This document shows positions 9,138-11,250 of a stretch of DNA of 11,250 nucleotides, piece by piece. The translations under genes were made by a program, and so were the position numbers. The first letter of the stretch is position 1. The number at the start of each line of letters is the position of its first letter. The DNA is from Amoebidium appalachense (Eukaryota > Protista > Ichthyosporea), in NCBI GenBank assembly GCA_963693365.1, contig CAVNZM010000086.1, forward strand, positions 1-11,250, in the 5' to 3' direction. Below the pieces are notes generated by a model. It was not told where the DNA came from. It was given only the letters and a program-made list of their open reading frames with translations, and searched no databases.

Positions 9138-9500
9138 GGGCCCAGTCTAGTTATTTCATCTCGCCCCCTCCTCCCTTCTTCTTACTCTAGGCATGTAGAT
9201 ATCTACATGTAGGGTAGGGTAATTTTAGGATTTCCGAGTGGCCGTCTTGGATTTCCGAGTGGCCGTCTTGGATTTCATGCACCTTATTTTCTAGTAAATT
9301 TTAGTGTCTTTCATAGCCATCTTATTTCCTTTCTTAACCCCGATTAGTGAGGAATTTCAATACTAAGCTCATAGGTAGGGGATTAACCGTATAATATGGA
9401 CAGTTAATCGTGGAGGATGAATTAATGATGATATGGAGCCAAGATCGATTCAAGATGGAAGCAAGCAACAAGATGATACAAAATGCAATTAAGATGTAAC
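9138..9500. other. Unclassified sequence interrupting LTR 3, with an 18-bp palindrome and a 21-bp tandem repeat; possible terminus of another mobile element
   Basis: Abrupt junction at 9137/9138; CATGTAGATATCTACATG at 9192-9209; GGATTTCCGAGTGGCCGTCTT x2.3 at 9228-9276. Confidence 0.4.
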
Positions 9501-9516
9501 TAAGTAAGCAAGCAAG

Positions 9517-11230
9517 CAATAATTAATAAACTACAAGATACAGCACAACGATACGAAATGTAAGTATGCATGCAAGCAAGCAATGTAACACCAAGTAATG
9601 CAACAAACTGATACTAAATGATACGAAAGGGAATCAATAATTAATAAACTACAAGATACAGCACAACGATACGAAATAAAATTAGGCATGCATGCAAGCA
9701 ACGTAACCACAACCCATTCAACCAATCTATACTAGACAATACGAGATGAAATCCAGATAGAATTAAGCAATAAGCCTCCACAAAACGAGATGAAACACAC
9801 AAAAACACAAAGATACAATGATATAAATGGAAATAACAATAAGCCACAATAATACGGAATGGAAGCAGTAATGTTACAATGATACAAGGATACACTGATA
9901 CTAATGGTAGCTGTACTGTTACAATGATACTAATGGTAGCTGTAATGTTACACTGATACTAAGGTAGTAGCAGTAATAACAAACATAGATGATACTAAGG
10001 TAGTAGCAGTAATAACAAACGTAAATGGGACTAAAGGGCTAGTAATGGTGAAGAAGAGGTTCCAAGAATAACAGCAGTAATAACAAACCTAGATGTTACT
10101 AAAGTAATAACAGTAAAGATACAAAGAATAACAGCAGGAATAACATACATAGATAGTACTAAAGTGATAGCAATAGAGATACAACTAGTGATAGCAATAG
10201 AGATACAGAGAGTGATAGCAATAGAGAGACAATGACAGCAATAGAGAGATAAAGAATGAAAGCAGTAGAGAGAGAATGATAACAGTAGATAGTGAGGAAA
10301 TTGATGATTAGAAAGAGTAACATCTGTTAATCGTAATAAAGAATAAGAGCAATTGATGGAGATAAAGAAAGAATAAGAGCAGTTGATGGAGATAAAGAAA
10401 GAGTTACATCTGTTAATCGTAATAAAGAATAAGAGCAATTGATGGAGATAAAGAAAGAATAGGAGCAATTGATGGAGATAAAGAAAGAATAGGAGCAATT
10501 GATGGAGATAAAGAAAGAGTAACATCTGTTAAGGATAAGAAAGAATAAGAGCAATTGATGGATAGAAAGAGTAACAGCAATAGAGATACAAATATTAACA
10601 GCCGTAGAGATACCCAGAGTGGAAGCAGTAGATAGTGAGGAATGAGTGACACCAGTATAAATACAAAGAGTAACAGCCATAGAGATACAAAGAGTGATAG
10701 CAATAGAGATACAACTAGTGATAGCAATAGAGATACAACTAGTGATAGCGATACAACGAGTAATAGCCGTAGGAGTAGGTGGTTAGGAAAGAGTGATAAA
10801 TATATAGAAGGGAGAGTGAATGATACAAGAGAGAACAATAAGAATGGCAAGTTAATAGAAGTAAGACCAACAAATATGGCAAGCTAATAGAAGTGAAAAC
10901 AGCAAGTTAATAGAAGTGAGACCAACAAATATGGCAAGTTAATAGAAGTGAAAACAGCAAGTTAATAGAAGTGAGAATAGCAAGTTAATAGATGTGAGGA
11001 CAGCAAGAATGATAAGTATATAGAAGGGAGAGTGAATGACGAAAGAGAAAACAGTAAGAATAATAAGTATATAGAAGGGAGAGTGAATGATAAAAGAGAG
11101 AGTAATAAAAATGGCAAGTTAATAGAAGTGAGAACAGCAAGAATGATAAGTATATAGAAGGGAGAGTGAATGATACAAGAGAGAACAATAAGAATTGCAA
11201 GTTAATAGAAGTGAGAACAACAAGAATGGC
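9517..11230. repeat. Composite purine-rich minisatellite / low-complexity array
   Basis: 43-bp duplication (9517-9559, 9635-9677); 29-bp x2 (9897-9954); 36-bp x2 (9955-10026); 24-bp AGTGATAGCAATAGAGATACAACT blocks (~10163-10230, ~10693-10750); 30-bp AATAAGAGCAATTGATGGAGATAAAGAAAG units (~10340-10560); ~23-bp GCAAGTTAATAGAAGTGAGAACA and TAAGTATATAGAAGGGAGAGTGAATGA units (~10795-11230). Confidence 0.9.
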
Positions 11231-11250
11231 AAGCGTTACCTGGGTATTCT

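Noticed and set aside
9138-9147. GGGCCCAGTC resembling the tail of a copia-type PBS
   Set aside because: It lacks GGTTAT and has no same-strand LTR end or gag next to it; probably coincidence.
9334-11200. Hydrophobic minus-strand ORFs as membrane proteins
   Set aside because: They are a by-product of the T/C-rich repeat strand, overlap in several frames and have no recognisable domain.
9897-11230. CRISPR-like array
   Set aside because: Units are tandem or interleaved and degenerate, with no unique constant-length spacers and no cas genes, in a eukaryotic context.

Overview
Eukaryotic, transposon-saturated window with no intact gene. It reads as a nest of insertions into a short remnant of a spliced host gene (about 4243-5066, minus strand). 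(i) Two oppositely oriented 3' ends of one tyrosine-recombinase (YR) retrotransposon family with split direct repeats B1-A2-B2 (Ngaro/PAT/TOC1-type DIRS order) lie at 1-1245 (+) and 5067-7426 (-). The second copy has lost its RT by an in-frame deletion. (ii) Three pieces of one Ty1/Copia family are present: 1246-4242 (-, LTR+PBS+gag+protease), 7427-8478 (+, LTR+PBS+truncated gag) and 8479-9137 (-, LTR only). The PBS resembles the internal half-tRNA-iMet type. (iii) A related solo LTR (1865-2805) with a 5-bp TSD and a (GA)~69 tract splits the Copia gag; removing it restores the reading frame exactly. (iv) An unclassified insert starts at 9138 and runs into a purine-skewed composite minisatellite up to the window end. 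I see no convincing new biological system. The most open-ended items are the unclassified 9138-11250 insert, the reciprocal YR/Copia nesting and the RT-less YR element. All family calls come from motif recognition by eye, not database searches.
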